A program made the position numbers and the translations under genes. Positions 8,809 to 18,161 of a stretch of DNA of 64,000 nucleotides are shown in pieces. The number at the start of each line of letters is the position of its first letter. The first letter of the stretch is position 1. This DNA comes from a virus. Its lineage: Duplodnaviria > Caudoviricetes. Under the pieces are notes generated by a model. That model ran no database searches. It worked only from the letters and a program-made list of their open reading frames with translations, and was not told the DNA's origin. Where the stretch lies: positions 33,058 through 97,057 of the IMG/VR virus record IMGVR_UViG_3300036855_000054; one strand, given 5' to 3'.

Positions 8809-10539
8809 TCAGGCCTTCGTGATCCCGCTGAGACACCCGTTCCACTGCGGGGCGTAGCAGATGAACGTCCCGAACCAGTACGACGAGGTGTCGTAGGTGA
8901 ACTGCAGCACCGGCCAGTCCACACCCATGTAGTCCTGCACGTTCACCACGGACCACACGTTGCTGACCTGCGAATCCGGCAGAGGCAGCGTGTCCGAGAG
9001 GATCGGCACGACCCCCTGCGGCAGCCACGGGTGCACCTCGAACTCGACGCGCTTACCCGTCACCTCGTTGAGGACCGCCACCGCCACGTCACCGAGGGTC
9101 ACACCGGAGATTTCGTCCTGCGTGATCTTCAGTTGGTAGTTGGTGGAGTTCCCGGTCTTCAGCGCCTCGGAGAGCTGCTTGCGGTCGGCGCCGTTGAACA
9201 ACGCCCTGTCCGGGTCGGCCTTCACCGAGTCGTAGAGGCTGGAGAAACCGGACTGCAGTTCGGTTCCGGCGCTTCCACCGGTCGCGAACGCGGCGTTGAT
9301 CTTCTTGTTGTACCCGGAGTTGGCGCCCATCACGATCGGCAGGATGCCGTCATAGGCCGCCGGGTAGGCGGAGGTGTCCGAGGTGGGCACCGTCTTCCCG
9401 CCGGTGGGGAGCGCGCCCTGCAGGACGATCTTCCCTCCGGTCGGGAGGCCAGAGACGCGCTGCCAGAACCAGCGGGACGCGTCCCCCGGATCCGACGCGC
9501 CGGTGGACACGTAATAGTTGTAGCCCAGTGCCTGCGCGGCGTCGGTGAAGGCCAGGTCCACGACGTGCCCGGAGGTGACGGCCACGGTCGCGGCGGCGGT
9601 GGCCACGGACTCGCCGAACGCCCCCGCATCAGAGGTGACCTTGACGTAGATGTTGGTGGTCACCCCGGACAGCGCAGTCTCCCCGGCGGCCGGTGCCCGG
9701 TCGGTGAGGGTCACACCGGTAGGGGCGGCCATGGCCCCGGAGAACCCGGAAGTGGTGCCGCGGTTCATGAGCAGCAGCCGCTCCTCCATCAGCATGCTGG
9801 AGTACAGCAGGCTGGTGCGGGACAGCGACCGAATGTCCTGGTAGCCCTGGCCGGCGAACTGCGCGGACCAGGTCACCTCATCCGAGACGCCGTTCTGCAC
9901 GTAGGGCACGGTGACGTCGTACCCGGCGTAGCTGATCTTCGGGCCCCGGTGGTAGTACAGCGAGTTACTGGCACCGGAAACCGCGAAGTTCGTCTGCGTG
10001 CTGTCCACGATGCCGGGGTGAAGGTTCCCCACACCGCCGGTGCCCGAGCCGGTGATACCGGAGATCACCTTGAACTTGTGGCTGGTGCCGTACCCGCGAG
10101 TACGGGGGATACGGTTCCGCAGCGGCGTCGGCCGCGGAAAAAGCATTTTCGCAGGAGCCTCAAGGTCGAAAGCGACCAAACCGGTCGAAATCGGGTTGGT
10201 GAGGTTGATGTCCTTCGTCAGGCTCGGGGTCGCGGCCTTCAACTGCTCGAGGGCTGCCGACACCGACGCGAGGTCATCCTCGGAGAGGCCCTTGCGAATG
10301 TCCGGGGTCAGAGACTTGGACAGCGCATCGTACGCCGAGGTGGGCGCCTGGGCGCGGCCGAACTCGATGCGCTGGCCCTTGGCGAACCCGGCGACGTCCT
10401 CCCGGGACACCTCCCGCTGGGGGGCGACGTCGATGGCCTTGGTGAGTTCATCGAACCGTGCCGACACCTCGGCGGCGGGGAGTTTCGGCGCCTCAGGGCG
10501 CTCGCCGAACAGCAGTTCGACGTTAGCGGGGAGAGCCAC
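8809..10539 (-). CDS. Major capsid protein with FN3/Ig-like insertion
   Basis: 576 aa; AFDLEAPAKMLFPRPTPLRNRIPR motif; follows protease; RBS AAAGGAG. Confidence 0.85.
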   Translation of the reverse strand: MALPANVELLFGERPEAPKLPAAEVSARFDELTKAIDVAPQREVSREDVAGFAKGQRIEFGRAQAPTSAYDALSKSLTPDIRKGLSEDDLASVSAALEQLKAATPSLTKDINLTNPISTGLVAFDLEAPAKMLFPRPTPLRNRIPRTRGYGTSHKFKVISGITGSGTGGVGNLHPGIVDSTQTNFAVSGASNSLYYHRGPKISYAGYDVTVPYVQNGVSDEVTWSAQFAGQGYQDIRSLSRTSLLYSSMLMEERLLLMNRGTTSGFSGAMAAPTGVTLTDRAPAAGETALSGVTTNIYVKVTSDAGAFGESVATAAATVAVTSGHVVDLAFTDAAQALGYNYYVSTGASDPGDASRWFWQRVSGLPTGGKIVLQGALPTGGKTVPTSDTSAYPAAYDGILPIVMGANSGYNKKINAAFATGGSAGTELQSGFSSLYDSVKADPDRALFNGADRKQLSEALKTGNSTNYQLKITQDEISGVTLGDVAVAVLNEVTGKRVEFEVHPWLPQGVVPILSDTLPLPDSQVSNVWSVVNVQDYMGVDWPVLQFTYDTSSYWFGTFICYAPQWNGCLSGITKA

Positions 10540-10610
10540 GAAACGGCTCCTTTCACAAGAAAACCCCGCACACCGGCGGGGTGAAGGGGGGAAACGGGCA
10601 GGGAAACGCG

Positions 10611-12164
10611 CTACGCGGCTGCCTTCTCCAGCAGTTGCCGCGCCCGCTCCCGGTAGCCCTGCGCGAGATAGGTGTCCGTGGCCGCCGCTGCCTTCCGCAG
10701 CAGGTCGTTGGCCTCGGATTCCATCCGCGTGGCGTCGGTGTTGCGGGCCTGCGCTTCCTGGGTTGCGGTGCGTGTGAGCACCGGTCCTCCCGGTTCCGGC
10801 AGCGCCAAAGCCTTCGCGAGATCGGCCTCCAGCGCCTTCATGCGCTCCTCGGAGGTCTTCAACGCGTCAGCGACAGCGCTCTTCACCAGCTCGGTGAGGT
10901 GCGCATCATCATCGGTCGGGCCCGGCTTCTCGGGCTCGGAGGTCTCGGTCTTCACGGTGGTGGGCTGGGCGGCCATCAGCACGGTCTCCTCGGTTGGGCG
11001 CTCGTACGGCGCGTCGGTCTCACCGGCGGCGGCTTCGCCCTCCCACCAGCACATCAAGTACTTCAGCGAGCACAGCAGTTCCCCGACGTCGCACAACTCC
11101 GGGTCGCCCTCGGACAGTTCGTCCAGTTCGGCCTTGATGAGGCTGATCAGCCCGTCGCGGACAGCGGCGATCTCCGCCGGGTCGTGGGTCTGCTCCCCGT
11201 CGACCTTGGTCAGATCCGGGTCGGCGCCCTTCCACCCGTCGGGGACCAGGTTCTCCTTACCGAGCGCCTTCGCGCGGGCCTTGATGTGGGCCTTCGCTTT
11301 CGCGGGGTCCTTCGCCCGGCCGATCGCCTGAATAGCGTTCTTCAAGTCGGCCACCGACTTGATCGGGAACGACCCGTCTGGGAGCGCTTGGTCCTTGTCG
11401 GCGGCGTCATCCCGCTCGGACTGGGTGAACTGCCGCTTCCCGAGTTCGGCGACGATGCGCTTCACGATCTCATCGGAGTCGAACCCGGCGCCCTTCACCT
11501 CGACGGTGACCCGCTGCGCGTCGCCGCCGGTGTCCTCGGCCGCGGGCTGCCGCTCCAGCTCGCCCTCCTCCGTGACCTGCTCGGCGGGTGCCCCGGTGGC
11601 CTCGTCCGTCAGCGCGCTGGTCTTGCTCAGCGACTTCGCCAGATCGGCCGGGGTGGGCACTGGCATTACGGCTGCATCCTCGGCTTCCACTGGCTCAAAC
11701 GGGGCATCGACACCCGCCGCCTTGCAGATCATCATCTTGGCCGTCGGCAGGCACGGCCGGTCAACGTAGGAGGTTTCGCAGATTGAGCCGCCCGCGATCC
11801 ACTCCTGACCATCCCGCTTGCGGATCACCGGCGTCTTGACGCCGATCGAGTAGCCCTTGAGCGCGCCCGCCTCGATCTTCTTCGCGGTGCCCGGGTCGAC
11901 GACCTTCGACTTGATGTACCAGTCGTCGCCGTCATTGGTCAGCTCGACACCGACACCAGCGCACACAGGCTGGTGCATCTCGCGGATGTTGCCCCACTCG
12001 AACCAGGCGGGCATGGCCGTCTTGAGCCACTCCGGGTCGCAACGCTGCCCGTCCATGTCCAGATCGGATCCGGTGGCCTTGCCGTACACCAGCAGGTCGC
12101 CGTTGTCGTCCCGCTCCGACTTGGTGATGTCGGCCGCGTAGACATAGGTCAGCGTGTCAGCCAT
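10611..12164 (-). CDS. Prohead protease / scaffold fusion
   Basis: N-terminal HK97-type protease (VYGKAT..DLDMDGQ, NIREMH, LKGYSIG, SYVDRP) plus acidic coiled-coil scaffold and an internal ALPDGSFPIKSVADLKNAI domain. Confidence 0.85.
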   Translation of the reverse strand: MADTLTYVYAADITKSERDDNGDLLVYGKATGSDLDMDGQRCDPEWLKTAMPAWFEWGNIREMHQPVCAGVGVELTNDGDDWYIKSKVVDPGTAKKIEAGALKGYSIGVKTPVIRKRDGQEWIAGGSICETSYVDRPCLPTAKMMICKAAGVDAPFEPVEAEDAAVMPVPTPADLAKSLSKTSALTDEATGAPAEQVTEEGELERQPAAEDTGGDAQRVTVEVKGAGFDSDEIVKRIVAELGKRQFTQSERDDAADKDQALPDGSFPIKSVADLKNAIQAIGRAKDPAKAKAHIKARAKALGKENLVPDGWKGADPDLTKVDGEQTHDPAEIAAVRDGLISLIKAELDELSEGDPELCDVGELLCSLKYLMCWWEGEAAAGETDAPYERPTEETVLMAAQPTTVKTETSEPEKPGPTDDDAHLTELVKSAVADALKTSEERMKALEADLAKALALPEPGGPVLTRTATQEAQARNTDATRMESEANDLLRKAAAATDTYLAQGYRERARQLLEKAAA

Positions 12165-12215
12165 CAGGCGTGCTCCTTACGGCCATCCGGCCAGGCACAA
12201 GGGGAAAATCTCTTC

Positions 12216-14912
12216 TCAGAGGATCAATCCGGACAAATCTGGCAGGAGCGCGCAGGCGCACCTCGGATGGAGGGGAGGAGCCCCGCCGTTCGGGAAGGAC
12301 TGGCCGATCAGGATCGGCCCCGCGTCTTCGTTGGCTTGGCAGCGGACACACACGTTCCCCGAGCCCGTGGCCCACAGGTAACGGGTGATCCCCGGCGCGA
12401 TGGTGTACCGGTCCGTGGCGGCCTGAGCGATCCCTCGGGCCACCTCGGTTTCGGCGATCATCTCCGCCGCGTCGGCGTCCTCTAGGACCTCGGCCAGGTC
12501 GGCGTCCAGTTCGTCCACGGTGGGCTGCTCATCCACCGCATCCGCGAGCACCTCGGCCACGTCCCGCGCCCGGGTGTGGTTGATGCCGGTGGCGATCCGG
12601 TCGGCCTGGGCGAGCATGCGCTGCAACCCGGGGGACAGGTCCGCCTCGGCGATCCGCTCCGTGGTGGCCGCGGTGTCCCCGGGTTGCCACCCGTTCCACT
12701 CGGGGTCGTGCTCGATCTGACCGAGTAGGACTTGTGCGGAGTGGTCCCCGAGCATGTAGGCGTCCGTGTACAGGCCGGTCAACGTGCGCCGGATCTGCGG
12801 GGTCACGCTGAACCCCAGCGCCGACAGCCACGCGAGGGCGTCCCGGCGCCGGGCTTCGGTCTGCGGATCAGCCGTGGTGGTTTTGCGGAGGGCGAGCCAC
12901 CGGGTGGCGATCATCCGGGTCGGTGCCCCACTCAAAGCCTCCCGCATCCGGGCCGCCCAGAACCTGGCGGTCTCCCGGTCCTTCGCCCACGCCGGCCACG
13001 CGTCCCGGTCCTTCGGGTCCAGGACTTTTGGGCGAGCACCACCACCCGCAGTCTTGAACACCACGCGGTCCAGTGGCACCTCGTGGAGCATGGCGTCGGT
13101 GCGGGTCGCAGCCTTGAACACGAACGGTCTGCGGCCCACAGTGTGGCCGTTCTTGTGCCACTTCCAGAACGCCGCGATCTCCGCCTTCGCCGCGTCCTGC
13201 CCGTCACTGGCGGGTTTCGGCTGCCCCTGCCCGGCCGCCGGTTTCGGCGCCGGTTTCTGCCCCTGCTGCTGCCCGGTCGCGGGGTCCTCGCTGCCAGGCT
13301 GGGCGTCCTCACCCTCCGGTGGGGCCGTTGACGGCGGGGCCTGCGCAGGGGTGATCATCTCCCCCGGAGGCGCCAACTTCGACGAGTTCTCCAGGAAGAT
13401 GATCCCGCGGCCGGTCTCCACGATCGGCATGTCGGCCTCGGCGAAGGAGTACGGGGCGCGGCCCTGCTCCTCCCGGGACTCGTTCAGGGTCAACCGGCCG
13501 CCCTTGACTTGGCGGTCCAGCACCTCATCCGCCGCGTCCTCATCCTCAGAGTCCAACCCGAGGAAACGGAACTCCAGTTCGTCGGGCATCCCCAGGTAGG
13601 TGCGGGAAATGCCGGTGAGCACGCCCTGCAGCCACCGCTGGTCGGGGGCGTCCGCTTTGCGTTCCTGAACGTTCTCCTGGCCCTCGTGATACCCGGAGGA
13701 ACCGAGGCCCTTGGATTCGGTGAACCCCAACTCGGCGATGGTGGTGTCCAGGTGCATCGCCACCAGTTTGATCAAATGCAGGTCGTAGTCGGGTTTGAAC
13801 TTCTCCCCAACATCAGCGGTTTCCTGCGGGTGCATCCCCGGCGGCAGCAGATGAAACCGCATCCGCTCCAGCGTCTTACCGGAATAGAGATCGTTGAACG
13901 CGCGGGAGTACTCCGCCAACTGCTGCGGGGTCCACGACTCGGCGCCGTCGTTCAAAATCCACCCGGCGGGGGCCACCCCATCAGACCACTGGCCCCTATT
14001 CCACTCGTGGCGCCTCAAGTAGAGGTCCACATCGGTCAGCGCCTGCTCCACCCCGGACATCCCGTAAGGGGAGAAGGTGCGAAGCTCACGGCGCCGGTAA
14101 ATCAGGCGGTCCGCGGTGTACCCGTTGAGCACCTTCCCGTCGGTGTCGCAGTCCGCGACGAACTCCCCCCGCGGGAACCCCCACAACACCTGCTGGTAGG
14201 CGGGCTGCGGAGGCATGGGGCGGCCACCGAGATGATCCAACAACGGCTTTACCGTGGATCCGTCGAGGATGCGGAACCCCATCTGCTGCCCGCCGCGGTT
14301 GCGGTACGGGTAGATCGCCAGGGCGTCCAGCACATGGTGCTCTTCGAGCCCCTTCGTGGCCCACGCGGCGAAGTCCTCACCTTGCTGCGGGTCGGGTTGC
14401 TGCCAGAACTCGATGAGCCGCGCGATCTCCGGGTTCAGCTTGTCCCGCAGATCCTTCTTGATCTGCACCGACGACGTGTCGGGGTCCTGCTGCTTGTAGG
14501 TCTGCAACGCCCGCTTGGTGATGACAATGTCCCATTCGCGGGCCGCGAGCTTGCTTTTCCGGATGCGGATGCAATCCCTGACGATCGGGATTTCGGCAGC
14601 ATCCCGGAGCACCTTCCACGGCACGTGCCGGTCGGAGACACCCGGGAGGTTGATCGTGACCGGGTACTCGTAGATGCGGGGTTCGCTGCGCCCAGATCCG
14701 TCATCGCGCGGCGGGTCGATCAGGGAGGGCTGCAGGGGTAGGCCAGGCCCGAACGGCACCTGCGGGTCGGTGCGGGGCAGCATCGTCGCCAGCTGGCCCG
14801 TCTTGTTCTGGGACTGCAGCAGTGCCTGCACCTGCTCGGCGGTGAACGTGGCAGCGGGTGCGACAGGGCGCGCCGCGGCCTTCGTCAGATTCCGGTGGCG
14901 GCGCTTCGACAC
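12216..14912 (-). CDS. Portal protein fused to MuF-like head morphogenesis domain
   Basis: Portal motifs (LDGSTVKPLLD, PYGMSGVEQ, G.LTLNESRE); C-terminal IAETEVAR...W...CVRC..N...PPLHPRCAC (MuF). Start placed at GTG 14912; ORF is open to 14972. Confidence 0.88.
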   Translation of the reverse strand: MSKRRHRNLTKAAARPVAPAATFTAEQVQALLQSQNKTGQLATMLPRTDPQVPFGPGLPLQPSLIDPPRDDGSGRSEPRIYEYPVTINLPGVSDRHVPWKVLRDAAEIPIVRDCIRIRKSKLAAREWDIVITKRALQTYKQQDPDTSSVQIKKDLRDKLNPEIARLIEFWQQPDPQQGEDFAAWATKGLEEHHVLDALAIYPYRNRGGQQMGFRILDGSTVKPLLDHLGGRPMPPQPAYQQVLWGFPRGEFVADCDTDGKVLNGYTADRLIYRRRELRTFSPYGMSGVEQALTDVDLYLRRHEWNRGQWSDGVAPAGWILNDGAESWTPQQLAEYSRAFNDLYSGKTLERMRFHLLPPGMHPQETADVGEKFKPDYDLHLIKLVAMHLDTTIAELGFTESKGLGSSGYHEGQENVQERKADAPDQRWLQGVLTGISRTYLGMPDELEFRFLGLDSEDEDAADEVLDRQVKGGRLTLNESREEQGRAPYSFAEADMPIVETGRGIIFLENSSKLAPPGEMITPAQAPPSTAPPEGEDAQPGSEDPATGQQQGQKPAPKPAAGQGQPKPASDGQDAAKAEIAAFWKWHKNGHTVGRRPFVFKAATRTDAMLHEVPLDRVVFKTAGGGARPKVLDPKDRDAWPAWAKDRETARFWAARMREALSGAPTRMIATRWLALRKTTTADPQTEARRRDALAWLSALGFSVTPQIRRTLTGLYTDAYMLGDHSAQVLLGQIEHDPEWNGWQPGDTAATTERIAEADLSPGLQRMLAQADRIATGINHTRARDVAEVLADAVDEQPTVDELDADLAEVLEDADAAEMIAETEVARGIAQAATDRYTIAPGITRYLWATGSGNVCVRCQANEDAGPILIGQSFPNGGAPPLHPRCACALLPDLSGLIL

Positions 14913-14928
14913 TGCGACACCCCCGGGG

Positions 14929-15081
14929 TCAGTCCTGGTTGACCATCTGCCACTCGCCCGGGTTGTCACCATCGCGGTGCAACAGCCACGTCTGGCCGCA
15001 CCCGCAGGTGTAGAAGGTGACTGTCAGGCCGTCACCAGGATCGGGCGGGGCGCACTCGTGCTCGGGATCTGCGGTGGTCAT
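14929..15081 (-). CDS. Small hypothetical protein
   Basis: 50 aa MTTADPEHEC...CGCGQTW; ATGA coupling. Confidence 0.5.
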   Translation of the reverse strand: MTTADPEHECAPPDPGDGLTVTFYTCGCGQTWLLHRDGDNPGEWQMVNQD

Positions 15082-15476
15082 GAGCGAACCTCGACGATCG
15101 GAAGCATGGTGCGCACGTCGGCGTGGTAGGAGCAGCGTGGGGACAGGGAGTCCGCGATGCCGCGACTGTCCGGGTCGTGCGGGGAGCGGCCATACCAGGG
15201 GAACTCCGAGCACACCCGCGGCCTGTCGTCATGCGCCTCGCACTGGCGGGTGTCCGGGTTGAACTGGTCGCAGCGCACCCGGTGCACGGTGTCGCCGTCG
15301 GCGGCGGTGAAGGTGCTCGTGCTTGTCCAGTTGTCCAGGAAGAACTGGTACTGGTGACGCGCCCAGTCCGGCATCTTGTCGCCGTCCTCAGCGATCCTCG
15401 CGGCAGCGCGTTCCTTCGGATCGAAAGTGATGATCACTGGGTCGCAACAGTCCCCGCATCGCGCACAGTCAGTCAC
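15078..15476 (-). CDS. YkgJ-family CxxCxxCC Fe-S/Zn cluster protein
   Basis: CARCGDCC ... C.QF....QC..H..RP.VC..FP signature. Confidence 0.8.
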   Translation of the reverse strand: MTDCARCGDCCDPVIITFDPKERAAARIAEDGDKMPDWARHQYQFFLDNWTSTSTFTAADGDTVHRVRCDQFNPDTRQCEAHDDRPRVCSEFPWYGRSPHDPDSRGIADSLSPRCSYHADVRTMLPIVEVRS

Positions 15477-15745
15477 GGGGCGCGCCCCTCCACGGCCTCC
15501 AGGATGCGTCGGTGCGTGTCCAGCAACTCCCGGTGGCGTAGATGGAGACGCCGCAGGTGGCGGCGTCCCCACAGCCACAGCGCGATCCCGCACAGCACCG
15601 AGGCGAGGATGTTCGGGTAGGTCTGCACCCACCCGTCGTGCAGACCACCGAGAGGCCACAGCACCCACAGCAAAGCGGCCACCGCACACCCCCGCCGCAC
15701 GTAGCGAAAACGATCGCCCGCACCCGCTGTTCCGCTAGCCGCCAA
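15473..15745 (-). CDS. Small membrane protein
   Basis: Two hydrophobic segments; start uncertain. Confidence 0.5.
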   Translation of the reverse strand: MAASGTAGAGDRFRYVRRGCAVAALLWVLWPLGGLHDGWVQTYPNILASVLCGIALWLWGRRHLRRLHLRHRELLDTHRRILEAVEGRAP

Positions 15746-15980
15746 GCACGTCGTGAATGGTCACCGGGATGTTGACCGGCACCAGCAGGTCGTGCACGTT
15801 CACCGGTCCGGCGTTGACCGGTGCGCACACCACGTTGTCGTGACACACCGGGACGTCCGTGCCCGCCGCCGCCACGCCACCGAGTACGAGGAACCCGGCG
15901 GGGACCACCGCGGCGCACACCGCAGCGGAACGACGAACCGAAGGGAACCGGGGGGTGCTGGTCGCAGAGTGTCGAGCCAT
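15735..15980 (-). CDS. Small secreted chaplin-like peptide
   Basis: Signal peptide ending VAAA; mature part Val/Pro/Asn-rich (CHDNVVCAPVN...VPVNIPVTI). Confidence 0.55.
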   Translation of the reverse strand: MARHSATSTPRFPSVRRSAAVCAAVVPAGFLVLGGVAAAGTDVPVCHDNVVCAPVNAGPVNVHDLLVPVNIPVTIHDVLGG

Positions 15981-15983
15981 GAG

Positions 15984-17495
15984 TTATCTCCCGAGAGTCA
16001 GTGAAGCACTGTTGTCTTGCTGCTGGTCACTGCTGACCAGTTGATCGAGGAAGCCCGTCGCCGAGCCCTTCGGGGTGTAGAACGCCAGCAGCAGGGCGTC
16101 CGCGTTGTCCGGGGACCGGCCGAGACGCTTCCGGATCTCGTCTTTCTTCTCGATCCGGATCCGGCCCTTCGGCCCGACCTCCCAGCGCGGCTCCAACAAC
16201 TGGGCCACCGTGGTGTCCGCGTTGTCCATCCCCGACAGGTCCCACTGCCGGTCCTGCGAGAGCAGCCGGCCGATCTCCCACCAGATCTCGGCCCGCACGT
16301 TCTCGAACTGGTCCACCCGGCGGGCCGCTGTCGACACGTTCACCGGGACGATCCGGGCCTGATGCCGGTCCGCGGCCGCCATGTTCTGCAACTCGCCGAT
16401 CACGCCGCGGCCGACACCGATCTCGTCGACCTTCACCGCAGCGGCGCCGGTTTCGCGGATGGCCCGCAGGATCAGCGGGGCGATCGTGGACGGCTGGTCG
16501 GAGAACTCCCGCCACTCCCGGCCCGCCACCACGCCGCGGCGCTCCCGGACCACGGTCTCGTCCCCGCCGCCACCCACATCGACACCCAACTCGACCGGGG
16601 TCAGTTCGCCGGCGGCCCGAGGGTCGTGCGGGGCGATGCGGCACGCGGCGAGGTCGGACCCCCGGATTACCCGGCCGGGGTCGTCGACAGAGAACTCGCC
16701 GAGAACCTTGGAGCGGTAGATGGGGTTGTCTTCGCCCCACTCGAGGAGCTTCTCCTCCGCCCACGACCGGCTGATCAGCAGCTGGCGCAGCTCGTCGGGG
16801 ACCTGCTCGTCGGTGAAGTTCGGGGTGTCGAACGCCGAGACACCGATGACGTGCCACAAGCTGCCCGGGTTGCACACCCGGGCGAAGTGCGACGCCGAGT
16901 TGTCCGGGTTGCCGATCGCGAGGATCCGACAGTCCGGGTTGGTGGTCAGCGCATCCGCAGCGACCCACAACTGCTCGGGGATGCCGGATGCCTCGTCCAG
17001 CACCACCAGCACCCACCGGGCGTGGATGCCCTGGAAGGCCGCCTCGTCGTGGTCGGCGGGTTTGCGGCCGAACGCGACGAGATCCTCGCCGAGGTGCCAT
17101 TCGGTTTGGTTCACGCGCCCCGGCAGGTTGCCCTTGCGGTGGGCCTGCCGGATGTAGCGCCACAGAATGGCCCGGACCTGCGCGTAGGTGGGTGCCGTGG
17201 TGACCACGAACGCCTCACCGGGCGCGTGGACACTGAGCCACCACGCCACGATCCGCGACGCCAGATGCGACTTGCCGGCCGAGTGGCAGGAGCGGACCGC
17301 GGTGCGGCGGTGCTCCACCACGGCGCGCATGATCTGGTCCTGCTTGGACCACACGTGCTCGTCGAGACGATCAACGACCCACAGCGACGGGTCGGTGAGG
17401 TGGGCCGCGGACTGCTGGTCCTGTTCGAGTTCGTCGAGCGCGGATCCCCACGCCGCCCGGTCAGCTTGCGAGAGACAAATGGCGTCGAGCGACAT
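15984..17495 (-). CDS. terL: Terminase large subunit
   Basis: VRSCHSAGKS Walker A, VVLDEASG Walker B, GVDVGGGGD nuclease motif, SPDNADAL. Confidence 0.95.
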   Translation of the reverse strand: MSLDAICLSQADRAAWGSALDELEQDQQSAAHLTDPSLWVVDRLDEHVWSKQDQIMRAVVEHRRTAVRSCHSAGKSHLASRIVAWWLSVHAPGEAFVVTTAPTYAQVRAILWRYIRQAHRKGNLPGRVNQTEWHLGEDLVAFGRKPADHDEAAFQGIHARWVLVVLDEASGIPEQLWVAADALTTNPDCRILAIGNPDNSASHFARVCNPGSLWHVIGVSAFDTPNFTDEQVPDELRQLLISRSWAEEKLLEWGEDNPIYRSKVLGEFSVDDPGRVIRGSDLAACRIAPHDPRAAGELTPVELGVDVGGGGDETVVRERRGVVAGREWREFSDQPSTIAPLILRAIRETGAAAVKVDEIGVGRGVIGELQNMAAADRHQARIVPVNVSTAARRVDQFENVRAEIWWEIGRLLSQDRQWDLSGMDNADTTVAQLLEPRWEVGPKGRIRIEKKDEIRKRLGRSPDNADALLLAFYTPKGSATGFLDQLVSSDQQQDNSASLTLGR

Positions 17496-18018
17496 GAGGC
17501 ATCGCCCTCCGCTGCTGCTCTGTCAGCCCGAGCTCGGGGTCGTTCAGCACGGCGCGCAGCACCTCGGCGATCAGCGCTCCCTGCTTCTCGGCGAGGTGGA
17601 CCTGCCGCTCCGCTAGTCCTGCCGCGATGGCCTTGGCGCAGAACCCGGCGCACCGGTCCCGCTCGGCCGCTTCCAACTGGGCGAGGCCGCGCACGTACTC
17701 CCCGGTGGGCCCGAACTCCCCATAGGACTGGGCGACCAGAGCGGCCCGCAGGTTGGGGGAGTCGGCCACCAGTTGCTCGAGCTCGTCGGCGTACCGCTGT
17801 GCGCGGGTAGCGGCCTGGCTGACCAACCGGAGCAGGGTCTCCCCGGGGTCCGTGGTGGTGTCACCGAGGCCCCAGCGCATGACCTCGCCCCGCACCGCTG
17901 CCTTGGCCCTGGCGGTGGGATTGAACAGGTGCCGGTTGCACTTGTCGGACCCGTCAACTCTCCAGCCTCTGCACGGGTCTCCGTTGGTCTTGCGGGCGGT
18001 GCAGCGCTCGCCATTCAC
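17461..18018 (-). CDS. Putative terminase small subunit
   Basis: N-terminal C-x9-C-x10-C-xx-H Zn motif, helical body; overlaps terL start. Confidence 0.7.
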   Translation of the reverse strand: MNGERCTARKTNGDPCRGWRVDGSDKCNRHLFNPTARAKAAVRGEVMRWGLGDTTTDPGETLLRLVSQAATRAQRYADELEQLVADSPNLRAALVAQSYGEFGPTGEYVRGLAQLEAAERDRCAGFCAKAIAAGLAERQVHLAEKQGALIAEVLRAVLNDPELGLTEQQRRAMPHVARRHLSLAS

Positions 18019-18040
18019 GCATGCCTCCCTCTCTGCATCC

Positions 18041-18068
18041 AGAGATGTCTCAGAGATGGGGAGAGATG
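18041..18068. repeat. Three phased AGAGATG direct repeats upstream of terS
   Basis: AGAGATG at 18041, 18052 and 18062 (11 and 10 bp spacing). Confidence 0.7.
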
Positions 18069-18161
18069 CGAAACAAGATCACCGCCGCTGGCGATATCCC
18101 TGGTGATCAGAGCCGTGTCCTGCTGGTCATCCCCTGCTGTTGACCTTCCGAAGGGCACGCC

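Noticed and set aside
135-17810. Many long plus-strand and alternate-frame ORFs over the virion module (e.g. 1497-3827, 8692-10584, 16017-17810)
   Set aside because: Antisense or frame shadows of high-GC genes, with no motifs or RBS
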